DNA of 64,000 nt from assembly GCF_009914755.1 (NCBI RefSeq), contig NC_060932.1; one strand, 5' to 3'. This stretch comes from the human T2T-CHM13v2.0 reference genome, Homo sapiens. Positions 1-17,269 of this stretch are shown here, in pieces. The notes below the pieces were generated by a model. That model saw only the letters and a list, made by a program, of their open reading frames with translations, searched no databases and was not told the DNA's origin. The first letter of the stretch is position 1, and every line of letters begins with the position of its first letter. A program made the position numbers and the translations under genes.

Positions 1-479
1 ACCTTGGCTGAGGAGCCCAGCCAGCCTGAGGGAGACTGCAGGAGTCACGTCCCGTTGCGGACTCAAGAGTTACCCCCATGGTGGCTGGAGCTCTTCTTTT
101 GGAGTGGGCGTGGAGATGGGGAATGGGAATGTTGAGCAACAATCTCAGCCAGCAGCCCCAGGGTGAGCAGGGTCCCCGGTGGTCTAGTCTAGTCCCAGAA
201 CTCGCGTGTTCTGCAGGGGGTATGGCTGACCTGGAGCCTGGACTTACCACCCTCAGGTAAAACAGGATCTCTGTCACCTCTCCTGGCCGGGCAGAGAGGG
301 GAGCTCCTGATGTGCAGCCTGGACAGAGGCCAGACTCAGCTTGTTCCTAGCGGCTCCACTTAGTGGGTAGGAGGGCTGAAGGCAGGGCCCCAAGGGGCCA
401 GATAGATACCCATGGTCTGGTCTCTCACTCCCCAGGCAATACTAGCCCCTCTGGAGCACGGAGCTCCTTCCCCAAAGAC

Positions 480-1905
480 ATGAAGCTATTGGAGAACTCG
501 AGCTTTGAAGCCATCAACTCACAGCTGACTGTGGAGACCGGAGATGCCCACATCATTGGCAGGTGAGGCAGGCTGGGGGGGCTGGCATCTCGGAGGTCAC
601 ACTGCCGCGCCCTTCAGTGGAACCTGGGGGAAGCATGCTTCATGGTTCTCTCTGCATCCTATAGGATTGAGAGCTACTCATGTAAGATGGCAGGAGACGA
701 CAAACACATGTTCAAGCAGTTCTGCCAGGAGGGCCAGCCCCACGTGCTGGAGGCACTTTCTCCACCCCAGACTTCAGGACTGAGCCCCAGCAGGTGAGCC
801 ATGGTGGGGCCTACCTGGGGCTGGGGGTTGAGGGGAGGTGATGGGCCCAGCTGATGGTTCTGTCTGTGCAGACTCAGCAAAAGCCAAGGCGGTGAGGAGG
901 AGGGCCCCCTCAGTGACAAGTGCAGCCGCAAGACCCTCTTCTACCTGATTGCCACGCTCAATGAGTCCTTCAGGCCTGACTATGACTTCAGCACAGCCCG
1001 CAGCCATGAGTTCAGCCGGGAGCCCAGCCTTAGCTGGGTGAGGGTCAGGTGGAGGGAAGGGACCCACAGCCACCCCACTGTCCTTCCCCACTTTGGGTAG
1101 CCCTGGGCTCCTGTCACCCTGACTGTGACCTGCCCTAGGTGGTGAATGCAGTCAACTGCAGTCTGTTCTCAGCTGTGCGGGAGGACTTCAAGGATCTGAA
1201 ACCACAGCTGTGGAACGCGGTGGACGAGGAGATCTGCCTGGCTGAATGTGACATCTACAGGTGGGCCGGCATCCCTGCAGATGGCCTCCAGGCCTCCAGG
1301 TTTGTGGGGCACTTGGCGCCTCACACCACCTGTCACCCTATACTCCCCAGCTATAACCCAGACTTGGACTCAGATCCCTTCGGGGAGGATGGTAGCCTCT
1401 GGTCCTTCAACTACTTCTTCTACAACAAGCGGCTCAAGCGAATCGTCTTCTTTAGCTGCCGTTCCATCAGGTGGGCACCCCCCGCCTCCTCCCCCACCTC
1501 CCTGTTGGGCCGATACAACTTCCCCAGCTGTGCCATCTCCACCCAGCTTTGCCCTCCCTGAACATCCTCCCTGGGGCCAGCAGCAGGCCTGGGTAGGGGT
1601 CCTGAAACTGGTTTCCCTGCCTCCCCTCAGTGGCTCCACCTACACACCCTCAGAGGCAGGCAACGAGCTGGACATGGAGCTGGGGGAGGAGGAGGTGGAG
1701 GAAGAAAGCAGAAGCAGGGGCAGTGGGGCCGAGGAGACCAGCACCATGGAGGAGGACAGGTGTGTGATGGGGGCCATGACCCGGGTCCCTGAAGCCTGGA
1801 GTGGGTACAACAGGGTGGGGGCCTCCTCTACTTGGTCTAAGTGGTGGCTCCTGAAGGCCCACTGTGTGCCAACCTCCGCCCAGGGTCCCAGTGATCTGTA
1901 TTTGA
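480..1905 (+). CDS. MAF1: Repressor of RNA polymerase III transcription MAF1 homolog (7 coding exons)
   Basis: Exons 480-562, 665-793, 872-1037, 1139-1260, 1351-1470, 1631-1759 and 1884-1905 are joined by GT-AG introns and sum to 771 nt = 256 aa + stop. The protein runs [16 protein letters not shown]...[12 protein letters not shown]...[18 protein letters not shown]...EEDRVPVICI, with Maf1 A/B/C boxes and an acidic tail. The non-coding first exon lies upstream of the window. Confidence 0.97.
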
Positions 1906-2386
1906 TGAGGAGGAGCCGAGGCCCCAGCTTCATCCAGCTTCAACCAATGCCTGGACCTGTCCACCTGAGAGGCCCCTGGGGCCTCCCCAGCTGCTGGCCA
2001 GACCCTGGCGCTGCCACAGTCCTGGCACTGCCCAAGGCCATACCTGCCTAGCCCTTTGGCTCCATCCTGTGGATGCCCACTCACCCCTCAGACTCCTGCT
2101 GCCCATGCTGTGGCCGGACTTGTCAGCAGGGGGCCTGGTGGGAGGAGCGACTGCCCTGCCCAAATGAACTGCCACAGCAGGGACAGCTGGACCGCAGAGT
2201 TTATTTTTGTATTTCTACTGGGCCTGCACACTCCAGCCCAAAGGGTCTGTGGCCGGAGGCCCCACGAGCAGGCCCCAGCAGTCACCGGCTCTGGTCTTGG
2301 GCCGGCCCCGGTGCCCACCTGTACCCCCACCTCGCCCATTTGGCCGCGTGCACTGAGTGTCACTTTGCTGCAGCTCGTTTCTTTCC

Positions 2387-2392
2387 AATAAA
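2387..2392 (+). terminator. MAF1: MAF1 polyadenylation signal AATAAA
   Basis: AATAAA about 480 nt after the stop codon, followed by GT-rich sequence (tgtgacttagtgtgg). Confidence 0.85.
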
Positions 2393-2546
2393 AGTTTCTG
2401 TGACTTAGTGTGGACCTGATGCGGTGTGGGGGTGGGGCCTGCGGTGTGGGAGTGGCCGGCGGCATCTGGTATCCTAGCAACTGCCGCTGCCGGCCGTGAC
2501 CGCTAAGTCCTGGGAGCTGTTGGGCTCTGGGACCGCAGTTGCTGAA

Positions 2547-5500
2547 ATGGAGGCAGAGGTGTGGGAGGCAGAAGGCTACAACCTAGTTCTGGACTCGGAC
2601 CTGTATGATGCGGATGGCTATGATGTCCCAGACCCTGGGCTGCTCACCGAAAAGAATGGTGAGGGGGCCTGGCCTCGCCCTCCGGGCATCCCGCTAGGAA
2701 GTGGGTCTCATTCGGGCTTGGGTTCCGTCCCCTGGAACAAAACTCCCCTGGGCAGTCCCTGGTAGGGCAGGGCCCCTGGAGGAGGGCTCCCCATAACCGT
2801 CAGGGTCGAGGACCTGAGGCTGTAGGTGGCAGAACTTCCAGTTCCTGCCCGCAGAGTTGACTTTCACGGAGCCGTCGCAGGTCCTGCCCTTTTTGACCAG
2901 CAGCCAACAGTGGCAAAGCCTGACCCCGCGCGCCCGCGCCCGCCGGCTGTGGCTGCTTCTGCGCACCAGCCTCCACGAAGTCGTGGAAAAGGTGCGGTGT
3001 GCCTGTCCTGCGCCTCCTGGCCTCTTTCCGGATCTGGGCCTTCCCTTAGGGGTCCCCTAGGCCGGAGTAGCCCCAACCTTTGATTGCGGGCCCGCCCACC
3101 CCGGCCCACAGGAGAAGAGAGCCGAGCTGCGCGCGGCGCGCCTGACGCATGGGCTGGAACCACTGCGCCGCCTGGAGGTGGCAGCCGGGCTGCGCTCGGT
3201 GGCGCAGGACCCGGTGGGTGGACGCTTCGTGGTGCTGGACGGCGCGGGCCGCCTGCACCTGCACAAGGAAGACGGCTGGGCACAGGAGACGCTGCTGGCG
3301 CCTGTCGGGCTTACGGGGCTGGTGACCGTGCTGGGCCCGCTGGGTGCCGTGGGCCGTTTTGTAGGCTGGGGCCCCGCGGGGCTGGCAATTCTGAGGCCCA
3401 ACCTCAGCCTGCTGTGGCTGAGCGAGCAGGGGGTGGGCAGGGCCCCGGGTTGGGCGCCCACCTGCTGCCTGCCGGTTCCCGACCTCAGGCTGCTGCTCGT
3501 TGCGGAGATGAACAGCAGCCTGGCGCTCTGGCAGTTCCGCTCAGGTGGTCGCCGCCTGGTGCTGCGAGGGTCAGCACTGCACCCGCCCCCGAGCCCAACA
3601 GGCAGGCTCATGCGTCTGGCTGTGGCGCCGGTTCCTCCCCACCACGTCCTGCGCTGCTTCGCGGCCTATGGCTCGGCCGTGCTCACCTTCGATCTGCATG
3701 CCTGGACTCTCGTAGATGTGCGCCGGGATTTGCACAAAACGTGAGGGGGATCCCCCTAGGGAGGGCCAGGCATGTAGGGGCACACGGCCCTCACACACAA
3801 GGCGATGTTAAGTCCATTGGGATTCTCCCATTCCCCACCTGTAGCACCATCTCGGACCTGGCTTACTGCGAGGAAGTAGAGGCAATGGTGACAGCTTCCC
3901 GGGACAGCACCGTGAAGGTGTGGGAGGCTGACTGGCAGATCCGGATGGTGTTCGTGGGCCACACAGGTGCTCTGAGTTCTCTGCACCCCGAGCCTCGGCC
4001 CTTTGCCTCCAGCCGCTCTAGGCTGTCCAGCATCTCCGCAGCTCCGGCCAGGCCTTGCTGCGCTGACTGCAACACAGGCTGAAGGCTCCCCTGCCTTCAG
4101 TCGGCCGAGTGACCTGCACCCCTCCCACAGGCCCGGTGACGGCTATGACTGTGCTCCCGAACACGACCCTGGTGTTGTCGGCCTCGCAGGACGGGACGCT
4201 ACGCACCTGGGACCTGCAGGCGGCGGCGCAGGTGGGCGAGGTAGCGCTGGGCTTCTGGGGCCAGGACAAGCTGTCCCGGCGCGTGGGCCGTCTGCTGGCG
4301 CCGGTGCGCCCGGGCTGGCCGGTGCTGTCCCTGTGCGCGAGCAGCATGCAGCTGTGGCGCGTACGCGAGCTCTACTCGCCGTTGGCGCAACTGCCCGCCA
4401 AGGTGCTCCACGTGCAGGTGGCGCCCGCGTTGCCCGCGCCTGCGCACCAGTCGCTGCCTACGCGCCTCGTGTGCGCGTGCGCCGACGGCTCGGTCTACCT
4501 CCTGTCGGCTGCCACCGGGCGCATAGTGAGCTCACTGCTGCTGGAGCCGGAGGACTGCGCGGCAGCCGTGGCCTACTGCCTGCCGCGCGAGGCGCTGTGG
4601 CTGCTGACCAGGGCTGGGCACCTGGTCCGCGCCAACGCGGCGCGCTGCCCCATGAGCGTGCTGCACCGCGTGTGCCCGCCGCCGCCCCCTGCGCCGCAGC
4701 CTTGCTGTCTGCACCTGTACAGCCACCTCACGGATCTCGGAGGCGCCTTCTCCTCCTGGGAGATCGTGCGCCAGCACTGGGGCGAGTTGCGCTGCAGCTC
4801 TGTGGCCTGCGCCTGGAAGAACAAGAACCGGTGGGTGCGGGAGCCGGCGAGGGTCTGGCGGGCGGAAGGAGCGGCAGGGTCCGCGCCAACAGGCTCTTCC
4901 CACTCGCAGGTACCTGCCAGTGGTGGGGCACACGGACGGCACGCTGTCGGTGCTGGAGTGGCTCTCGTCGAAGACTGTCTTCCAAACGGAGGCGCACAGC
5001 CCGGGCCCGGTTGTCGCCATCGCATCCACCTGGAACAGCATTGTGTCTTCGGGTCAGTAGCTCCCCTGCCAAAGGCCAGGCCGCCACAGAGCCCCCTCCC
5101 CTCCGACAAGGCCCAGCCAGATTCCGCTGCCCACAGGTGGGGACCTGACGGTGAAGATGTGGCGCGTCTTCCCCTATGCCGAAGAGAGCCTGAGCCTGCT
5201 GCGCACCTTCTCCTGCTGCTACCCGGCCGTGGCGCTCTGTGCGCTAGGCAGACGCGTCACCGCGGGCTTTGAGGACCCAGACAGCGCTACCTACGGCCTG
5301 GTGCAGTTTGGCCTGGGCGACAGTCCGCGATTAGACCACCGGCCCCAGGACGACCCCACGGACCACATCACTGGTGAGGGGGCAGCATGGGTGAAGCCCA
5401 GCCACCGCCCAGCTCCGGTTCCTGACCCTGAACCCTGCCGCCAGGCCTGTGCTGCTGCCCCACGCTCAAACTGTATGCCTGCTCCAGCCTGGACTGCACC

Positions 5501-8500
5501 GTTCGCATCTGGACTGCTGAGAACCGCCTCCTGCGGTAGGCTAGGAGGTGGGGAGGGCTGGGGTCTCCTACCTCTGCTCCTCACCAGAGCCCACTGGCTG
5601 GACTGAGTGGAGAAGGCCTTGTCCCTGCTGAGCCTCGGCTGCCCTGGGTGCCTCTCCAGGCTCCTGCAGCTGAATGGTGCCCCTCAGGCCCTGGCTTTCT
5701 GCAGCAACAGTGGAGACCTGGTGCTGGCGCTGGGATCCCGCCTCTGCCTGGTGTCCCACAGGCTCTACCTGCCTACATCCTACCTAGTTAAGGTGTGTGG
5801 TGAGGACAGAGTGAGCAAGGTGGGCCCCCCTTGCTCACCTTGGGGGGCAGACCCAGGTTCCCCCAGCCAGGGATACAGGCTCCTTCCCCTATTCAGAAGA
5901 TGTGCCGGAAGGCCCCAGACGTGGTGGACGACCCTCCGCTGCCACTGATGAGCCAGGAGTCACTGACTTCCGCCCAACTGCAGAGGCTCACCAACCTCCA
6001 TGGGGCAGCCAGCCTCAGGTCCCATGGAGGCCTGCTCAGCCCTCCTGGAGGCCCTCCTTTCCCACTCTGGGTGGGGGCCTGGCGGTGTGGGGCCCTCTGG
6101 AGTTGATACAAGCCTGCCTGAGCCCTGGCACACCCGTTTGGGGTTGGTCCTTGTCCCAGCCTCTGCCCCAGCCCACTGGCATGCCACCCAGCATCCCACC
6201 TGTGCCTGTCCCTGTTTGCAGCGAGGCCTTGTCTCTCATCCATCGTCGGAGGGCAACATCTCAGCACCTGGTGCCGAAGGAGGTGGGGTGGGTCCTCCTT
6301 AGCCCGCCCTGCCCCGGCTCAGGCCCCAGCCGTCAGCCCTGGGGCAGGCCTGGGATCCCCATGGTTGCCCGGGCAGCACATAGCAAGGCTCAAGGAAGAG
6401 CAGGCTGATCCCTGAACCCTGACTCAGGACTTGGACGCCATAGTGGCCCGGGACCGAGACCTTCAGCAGTTGAGGCTGGGGCTAGTGGTCCCAGCAGCCC
6501 AGCCCCCACCCTCCTGGCAGCAGCGCCAGGAAGGCTTTGACAATTACCTCCGTCTGATCTACGGCTCTGGCCTGCTGGTAGGTGTAGGGCCTCCCCCAGC
6601 CCAGCCCTGACCCTGGCCCCTCTTCTCCACCCACCCCTCCCACCTGGTCTCTGATGGTCTGTCTGCTCCTGCTACCTCCCAGGGCATGCAGTCTGGAAGG
6701 GGGTCCCAGCAGTGGAGTGCCGGGACCCTCAGAGTGGAGAGAGAGACCCGGGATGTGTGTGCTGTACCCCAAGCTGCCCACTGTCTTGCCCGGGCTGAGG
6801 TCAGCACTGCAGCCCAAACAGTGCCAACAGCCCTGTCCCCACAGGACCTGGGAGCCCTGGGCCAGCACTTCTCCCAGTCTCCCCGAGTCACAGTGCCGAT
6901 CCCACCCACCCACCGTAGGGTGCACAGCAAGGCATCCCAGGTGAGGCTTCCCACCCTCCCACATGCCTGCTGGGCCCCCATGACCCCTCTGCCACCCTGT
7001 GACTCCTCCTATGCCCCAGCTTCTGGCCCGCTCCTCACTGAGCCACTACCTGGGCATCAGTCTGGATCTGCAGCTGCAGTTGGAGCAGCTCCGAGGGAGG
7101 ACGACCATGGCCCTGGACCTGCCATCCTCCCACTTGCAGTGCAGGGTGAGGGACCCAGGCAGGTGGGGTACCACCTACTGAGGGGCAGAGCTGCCGGGGT
7201 GCTAGGGGCTGTGTTGTTCTGAGCCCCCATTCCATCCCCCAGATCCCACTGCTGCCAAAGAGATGGGACAAGGAACCTCTCTCTAGCCTCAGGGGCTTCT
7301 TTCCTGCCACCGTGCAGCCCCACAAGGTGAGACCCCCTCCCAGCTCCTGGAGAGCCACTCCTCTCCAGGCATCACTCTTGTGCCTGCCATCTCCCCTTTG
7401 CTACAAATCTTTGTGTCCAAATCTGACCCAAGGGCCATGCCCACCTACAACCAGAGGGCCAGGCTGTAGCCTCCCACGCACCCCTCACCCCTCACCCTTC
7501 ACCCTCTGTCTAGCCCTGTTCCAGTACAGCTGTGTTTGTGGCCACAGGCTCCTTGCTGCTCTGGGAGCTGACATCAGGCAAAGCCAGTCCCCCCAGCCGG
7601 TTATGCCACACACCCCTTTCCCCCGTGGAGGCGCTGGGAGGGCAGGTCCCCTAGGGACTTTTCCTGGAAGATCAGAATCCCTGCCCTTTAGAGGAGCAAA
7701 GTCAAGGGAACCTGGCCCTTTAGAATCCACTGTCTTCCCACCCTCACGTACACCAGGTGCCCAGGCAGGCCTCAGCCCCTCCCCCAGCATATTCCTGGCA
7801 CTGTCACCTGCCCACGTGGGTAATTGACTCTTTGGGCCTGGGTGCCACCATCATGCTCTTCATTGCCCTTTCTCCAAGCTCCTTCCTTCCTCCCTGGCCC
7901 CTGTGCTTCTTTTAGACTTTCTTGTCCCAGGGCTGGGGCCAAGTCCTGTAAGGAGCTTGCAGGGTGTCAGGGCCCCTACAAGCCAGCACTTCTCCAGGTT
8001 TCCCTTCTCGTTTGTCAGAGCTGATGCTCACTGAGGGCCTCGCCCCTGGTATCTCAGGGTTCTCCTGCCATCTGTGTTGAGAGTAGGGGTTGCTAGCTCA
8101 GCCAGCTCTCGGAGGCCTGGCAGGCAGAGCTGGACTGGCGGCTGAGGGGCTCTGAGAGGTTATACAGGTGACCAAGGGTGGTGTCCAGGCTGGGGGAATC
8201 CAGGTCCTCAGCATTCCCTGCTGTGCCCACCTCCAGCACTGCCTGAGGCCCATCTGCTTCCCCGGCTATGTGCCCAACTCCGCGGTGCTACAGCAGATGT
8301 GGCTAAATGCGGAGGTCAGCAGCCTCGGATCCCCGACTCAGCTCGCCTCCCAGAGAAAGCTCGAGGCAAGGGGCAGGGCTGGGGGTTTTGCCGGCAGGGG
8401 AGGGCTCTGCTGTCCTTGCAACCCATCAGGCACCATCTCTTGCCCCTCTGCAGCCAGGGGCAAGCCAGGATGCCCTGTGGTTGTGGCGCCCCAGGCCATC

Positions 8501-11090
8501 CCAAGCCCAGTGGCAGAGGAAGCTGCTCCAATGGATGGGGGAGAAGCCTGGGGAGGAGGGGGAGGAAGACAAGAAGGAAGAGGAGGAGGAGAAGGAAGAC
8601 GAGGAGCTGGACTGGGCCTTGGCTTCCCTGAGCCCGCACTCCAACCAGCAGCTGGATTCCTGGGAACTGGAGGATCAGGTAGAGGCTCAGGCAGAGGCCC
8701 CAGGCCACCACGGGAGGCGGGCTTACACTGAGACCCAGACAGGTGGGACCTGCAGCCACTGCTGCTCCCCTAGAGTGCTGTGGACTGGACCCAGGAGCCC
8801 CGGCGGCGCAGCTGCAAGGTTGCCAGGACCCACCCTCATCCCTGGCACCGTCATGGGAGTTTGCTCTTGGATGAGCATTACGGGCATCTGCCCAAGTTTC
8901 TGCATTTCTTCATCTACCAGACCTGGTTCAAAAAGTTGTTCCCCATCTTCAGCCTGCAGGTTGGAGGGAACTGGGGATGCATGAGAAGCATGGGTTAGGG
9001 TGAGGGACAGGGGAGAAGGTAGGGGCTGGCTTGGGTGTGACATGGGAGCAGGGCCTCAGCATGCTACCCTGCAGGCATACCCGGAGGCGGGCACGATCGA
9101 GGGCCTGGCCTCGCTGTTGGTGGCCCTGCTGGAGAAGACCACGTGGGTCGACCGTGTGCACATCCTGCAGGTGCTACTGAGACTGCTGCCCAACATGAGC
9201 AGTGATCTCCAAGGCCAGCTGCAGGGCCTGCTCGTACACTTGCTCAACCTGGACCAGCCCCCCAGCCTCCAGGTGTGCCCCTTGTCCTGCCCCCAGTTTT
9301 CCTCCCCGCCCACCGGCCCTCAGCAACCACATCCCCACCGCCTGCCTCAGGACCAGACACAGAAGAAGTTCGTGATACTGGCGCTGCAGCTGCTCCTGGC
9401 CTGCTCCCTGGAGTCCCGGGATGTGGTGCTGGAGCTCATGTCCTACTTCCTCTACTCTCCCGTGCACTGCCGGTGAGTTGCGCTCCTGCCCAGCCCTCCC
9501 TGCCACTGGGAAGGCCTCTGGACAAGCCACATGCACCTGTCCCAGGCCAGAGCTCAAGAAGCTGCTGCACGGGCTGGGCCTTCAGGACCCAGAGGGCTTC
9601 CTATTCAAGGAGATGATGACCTGGGTCCAGGGCCCAGACCTGGACTCCAAGGCCGGCCTGCGCACTTGCTGCCACCAGAAACTGGAGGACATGATCCAGG
9701 AGCTTCAGGTTGGGCCGGCAGGGGCCGGGGGGGCCTTGGGAACCCTGTTGCCTTCTCTGGCTTTCTGCAAGTCCTGGGGTCAAAGCCAGCTGAGGCCACA
9801 GGCTCCTTCCTTGCCTTGCCCAGTCCTGGGCCTCCAGCCTCCCTGCCCTGAGCATCTCTAGGGATTTCCCTGTGCAGCTGGAAGTCAGCAGGGGGTGTCT
9901 GGCCCGAACCAGGGACAGCCCTGGGACCTCCTTGTCAGGGGAGTGGCAGCCCCTGCCTTGGGCTGAGCATCGGGCAGAAGGGAGTTTCAGTGGCCATGTG
10001 GATGCTCGAGGAGCCAGGGTGCTTGGCCATGGGTCACCTCCTGACAGATGGAAAGCTCGCAGCCACTGTCTGCAGCCAAGTTGCTGGTGGTGCTGCCCAA
10101 GGTCTCTAAGACCTTAGCACTTTCCTCTCCTCCCAAGGAGACCCCATCGCAGACGTCAGTGGTCTCTGGGGCACCCACACGCGCCTCCGTGATACCCTCG
10201 GGCACCTCCTGGTCGGCCTCCGGCATCTTCGGGAGGCTCTCGCAGGTCTCAGAGGTGCCTTTGATGGTGGTCTCACCTGCGGAGCCGCACTCTTTAGCCC
10301 CGGAGCTCCAGGCCCAGCGGATGCTGGCACCCACGCGCAGCTGGGGGACCCCTCAGCTCCGTCTCAGAGTGCTCTCCGAGACGCTGAAGAGCTTCTGCCT
10401 GGAGCCCGAGGCCCGCCTGCACCCTGCCGGGCCTGCTCAGCTGCCCGGAGAGCCGCCGCCGCTGGAGGAGACCGACTGGTCGCACTCGCAGCTGCTGGAC
10501 TTGGGCCCCATCGACGCGCTCAACTTCTTCTGTGAGCAGCTGCGGGCGCAGCAGCGGAGTTCGCTCCAGGAGAAGGCTGCGCACCCACACCCGCCAGTGC
10601 CCTACACGGTGGCGCCGGTGCCCGACATGGTGGTGCCACCTCCGCGGGAGCACTGGTGCGCGGGGCCTGCGCCGGCGGGGCCTGCGTGGGGCAGCCAAGC
10701 GTGGGGCTGGGCCAGCTGAACCCTCCTCTTTGCCTCCAGGTACCACCCCATCCTCCGGCTGCAGGAGGCCAAGCCGCAGAGGTCCGCGAGGTCCGCGATG
10801 AGACTGAGGGGTGAGTGGAGCCAGGGGTGGAGACTGGACCCCACCCACCCCAGCCCCCGGGCCTCATAAGCCTCCGCCCGCCCCCAGGCCCCATGCCGTC
10901 CCGGCTCTGTGCGGGCCGCACCCTGGACGGCCCCATCCGGACGCTGAAGCTGCCGTTGCCGCGTGTGGAGCCGCAGCCTTTCCCCCTGGACTGGCCTATG
11001 CCCCCGCGCCCGCTGCCCCCGCGGCTCCTGCAGCCGGCCCTGCAGCGCTACTTTCTGCCAGCGGACGCGGACCCTGACACCTACAGCTGA
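2547..11090 (+). CDS. WDR97: WD repeat-containing protein 97 (KIAA1875), 24 coding exons
   Basis: Exons: 2547-2658, 2855-2991, 3112-3740, 3845-3966, 4131-4830, 4910-5052, 5137-5373, 5445-5535, 5660-5792, 5897-6018, 6222-6282, 6428-6577, 6683-6940, 7020-7145, 7243-7326, 8237-8314, 8454-8678, 8774-8959, 9075-9272, 9351-9472, 9546-9708, 10138-10655, 10740-10810, 10888-11090. All introns are GT-AG and the total is 4869 nt = 1622 aa + stop. WD40 signatures: TASRDSTVKVWE, FVGHTGPV, SASQDGTLRTWD, SSLDCTVRIWT. There is an acidic E-rich stretch and a Pro-rich C-terminus. Confidence 0.93.
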
Positions 11091-11160
11091 CCGGGCTGGT
11101 GGCCTCAGCCCGCCTGGCTCTGGGGCCTGTCATTGGTATTTGGCCAAGGCCTGCATCGGG

Positions 11161-11166
11161 AATAAA
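11161..11166 (+). terminator. WDR97: WDR97 polyadenylation signal AATAAA
   Basis: AATAAA 70 nt after the TGA ending at 11090. Confidence 0.75.
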
Positions 11167-12337
11167 GTCCAGAGAATTTCTTTCTGCAGGATGCCGCCTG
11201 CTTTGGAGGGCCCCGGGGTGCGCACGGCGTGTGGGCGTGCGGCCTGAACCCACAGTGGCGGCGGAAGGCAGGAGCCGGAGGCCTGGCGGAGGTGGCCATC
11301 GTGGGCACCAGCGTTCCCGGAGGGGTGGCCGGCCTAGGGCAGAGGAGACCCATAGCGGGGTACCATCCGCTGGGCACTGAGCAAACGTTTTCTGCTCAAG
11401 TACTAGGTGTTGAGATGCGGGCTGACCTTAGAGAACGTGTCCTGGGCCAGCCCACAGCCTGGTGTGGAGGGGAGTCCGGGAGGGCCTGGGCGGTCCCAGG
11501 ATGAGCCTTCCGGGTCGATGCAGGTGAGACCAGGAGTTTGCAGACCTTGCTTTCGTTACTTTTATTCTGGAAAAGAGAAGAATTGACAAAGGCACCAGGA
11601 GCTTTTTTCTGAGCGGCAACGCAGAGCATCCTCTGACCCCTTTAGCCTGAAAGTCCCTAGGGGAGGGGCTTGGTCCGGAAGGGCTCGGCCTCTGGGCCGG
11701 GCTCCTCTGCCCTGTGTGGCCTGGCAGGGCGCAAGACCTGTGCACAGAGTTCTTGGGGCAGCTCTGGGGGGAATCCCCGGCTTTTACACCTGTCTTTTGT
11801 GTTGTCTGAGCAGTGATTTCCCTCCTGTATCTGTAGCCTCTGACTTTACTAGTTTCTTCTTGATGGCTCTGGTTAGAATCGCTTCTCCACACCTTCCCTG
11901 TCACCCCAAACTGTGCGGTGGCTCTTGTTATGGGGCCACCAAATGGCTGCTCTTTCCCAGGCCGGTGCTTGACACAGTGGTGCCACCATCCCAAGAGCAT
12001 GGGTGCGCAGGACCGTGCGGGACAGCCAAGTTGCTGGGCCCAGCTGAACCTGCCTCTTCACCTCCAGGCACTACCGCATCCTCCCACTGCAGAAGGCCAA
12101 GGTTCACAGGTGTGCGATGAGACTGAGGACTGAGTCTGTCACTAGAGGACTTGACACTTTTTATAAAAAAAATGAGTAAACCTAGATACCTCGATCAGTG
12201 TCTAGCGATGTCAAGGCCCCCAGTTTGGGTTCAAGCCTGCTGGGACAGTCCTGCAGCTGCTGGGTCACAGAGTGGCCAAGGCCCTCTGATTTTTGGTCAG
12301 GACACAGAAAGATAGCAGGGGGCAGGGGGGGATCTGA

Positions 12338-12920
<583 letters not shown>

Positions 12921-12961
12921 CCACACATCAGGCAAGAGACTTGTTCCTTAAAAATTATCTA

Positions 12962-17260
<4,299 letters not shown>

Positions 17261-17269
17261 AAATTATAA

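Noticed and set aside
2864-11253. Antisense and alternate-frame ORFs over WDR97
   Set aside because: Shadow ORFs of GC-rich exons. The spliced + strand frame accounts for the coding signal exactly (1622 aa).
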